From: Candidatus Atelocyanobacterium thalassae
Lineage (GTDB): Bacteria; Cyanobacteriota; Cyanobacteriia; Cyanobacteriales; Microcystaceae
NCBI GenBank assembly: GCA_051971635.1
Contig: JBFPLN010000002.1
Coordinates: 1-35,400, forward strand
Reading direction: 5' to 3'
DNA length: 35,400 nt
Shown: piece after piece, positions 35,297 to 35,400 of the stretch
Numbering within the stretch: position 1 is the first letter of the stretch
How the letters are laid out: every line of letters starts with the position of its first letter
The notes under the pieces: model-generated
Databases searched by the model: none
What the model saw: the letters and a program-made list of their open reading frames with translations, nothing else
Told to the model about the DNA's origin: nothing
Translations under genes and position numbers: made by a program

Positions 35297-35305
35297 CTAT
35301 CAGCT
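35278..35305 (-). repeat. Four tandem 7-nt units in inverted orientation (AACAGCT-like on +) overlapping the stop codon
   Basis: AAAAGCT AACAGCC AATAGCT ATCAGCT, i.e. the reverse complement of the AGCTGTT array. Confidence 0.8.
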
Positions 35306-35313
35306 AAAAAATC

Positions 35314-35400
35314 TCACTCCTTCAACTCCAATACCTCATTATCTCCGAAAGTATCATAGCTCGAAATTATAACTTTATCACCTGGCGAAAGACCATCAAT
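35314..35400 (-). CDS. C-terminal end of a probable efflux RND/MacA-type periplasmic adaptor subunit (partial, runs off the window; not in the ORF track)
   Basis: Minus-strand translation IDGLSPGDKVIISSYDTFGDNEVLELKE* has the GL-x-PGD-x-VI ending of membrane-fusion proteins and lies upstream of, and co-oriented with, the LolD-type ATPase start. Confidence 0.7.
   Translation of the reverse strand: MDGLSPGDKVIISSYDTFGDNEVLELKE

Overview
Bases 1 to ~34,650 come from an AT-rich, reduced-genome unicellular cyanobacterium. My best inference is UCYN-A / Ca. Atelocyanobacterium (nitroplast lineage): chlI and menG are intact, gap1 is the glycolytic type, the spacers are long and AT-rich, and I saw no HIP1 octamer. 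The region is mostly housekeeping: chlI, menG, DUF445, nrrA with an NtcA-type promoter, grxD-bolA, an RNB-domain nuclease with probable tandem dsRBDs, dxr, asnS, a PRC-barrel protein, gap1, pgk, leuS, a Ski2-like helicase, uvrC, murT, tRNA-Leu(UAA) with a group I intron, asd-dapA-rnj, efp-accB and a MalK-type sugar ABC ATPase. Many gene ends carry unusually long inverted repeats, including a perfect 122-bp spacer-less palindrome at 33541-33662. At the Walker A codons of the last ABC ATPase (~34642-34668) the sequence switches in frame to Bacteroidota-like DNA: the N-terminus of a LolD/MacB-type ATPase, a four-helix-bundle (23S IVP-like) gene flanked by inverted 7-nt tandem arrays, and the C-terminus of an RND adaptor. 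This is most likely a chimeric assembly join and less likely a real transfer. All family assignments come from motif recognition by eye; no database searches were run.
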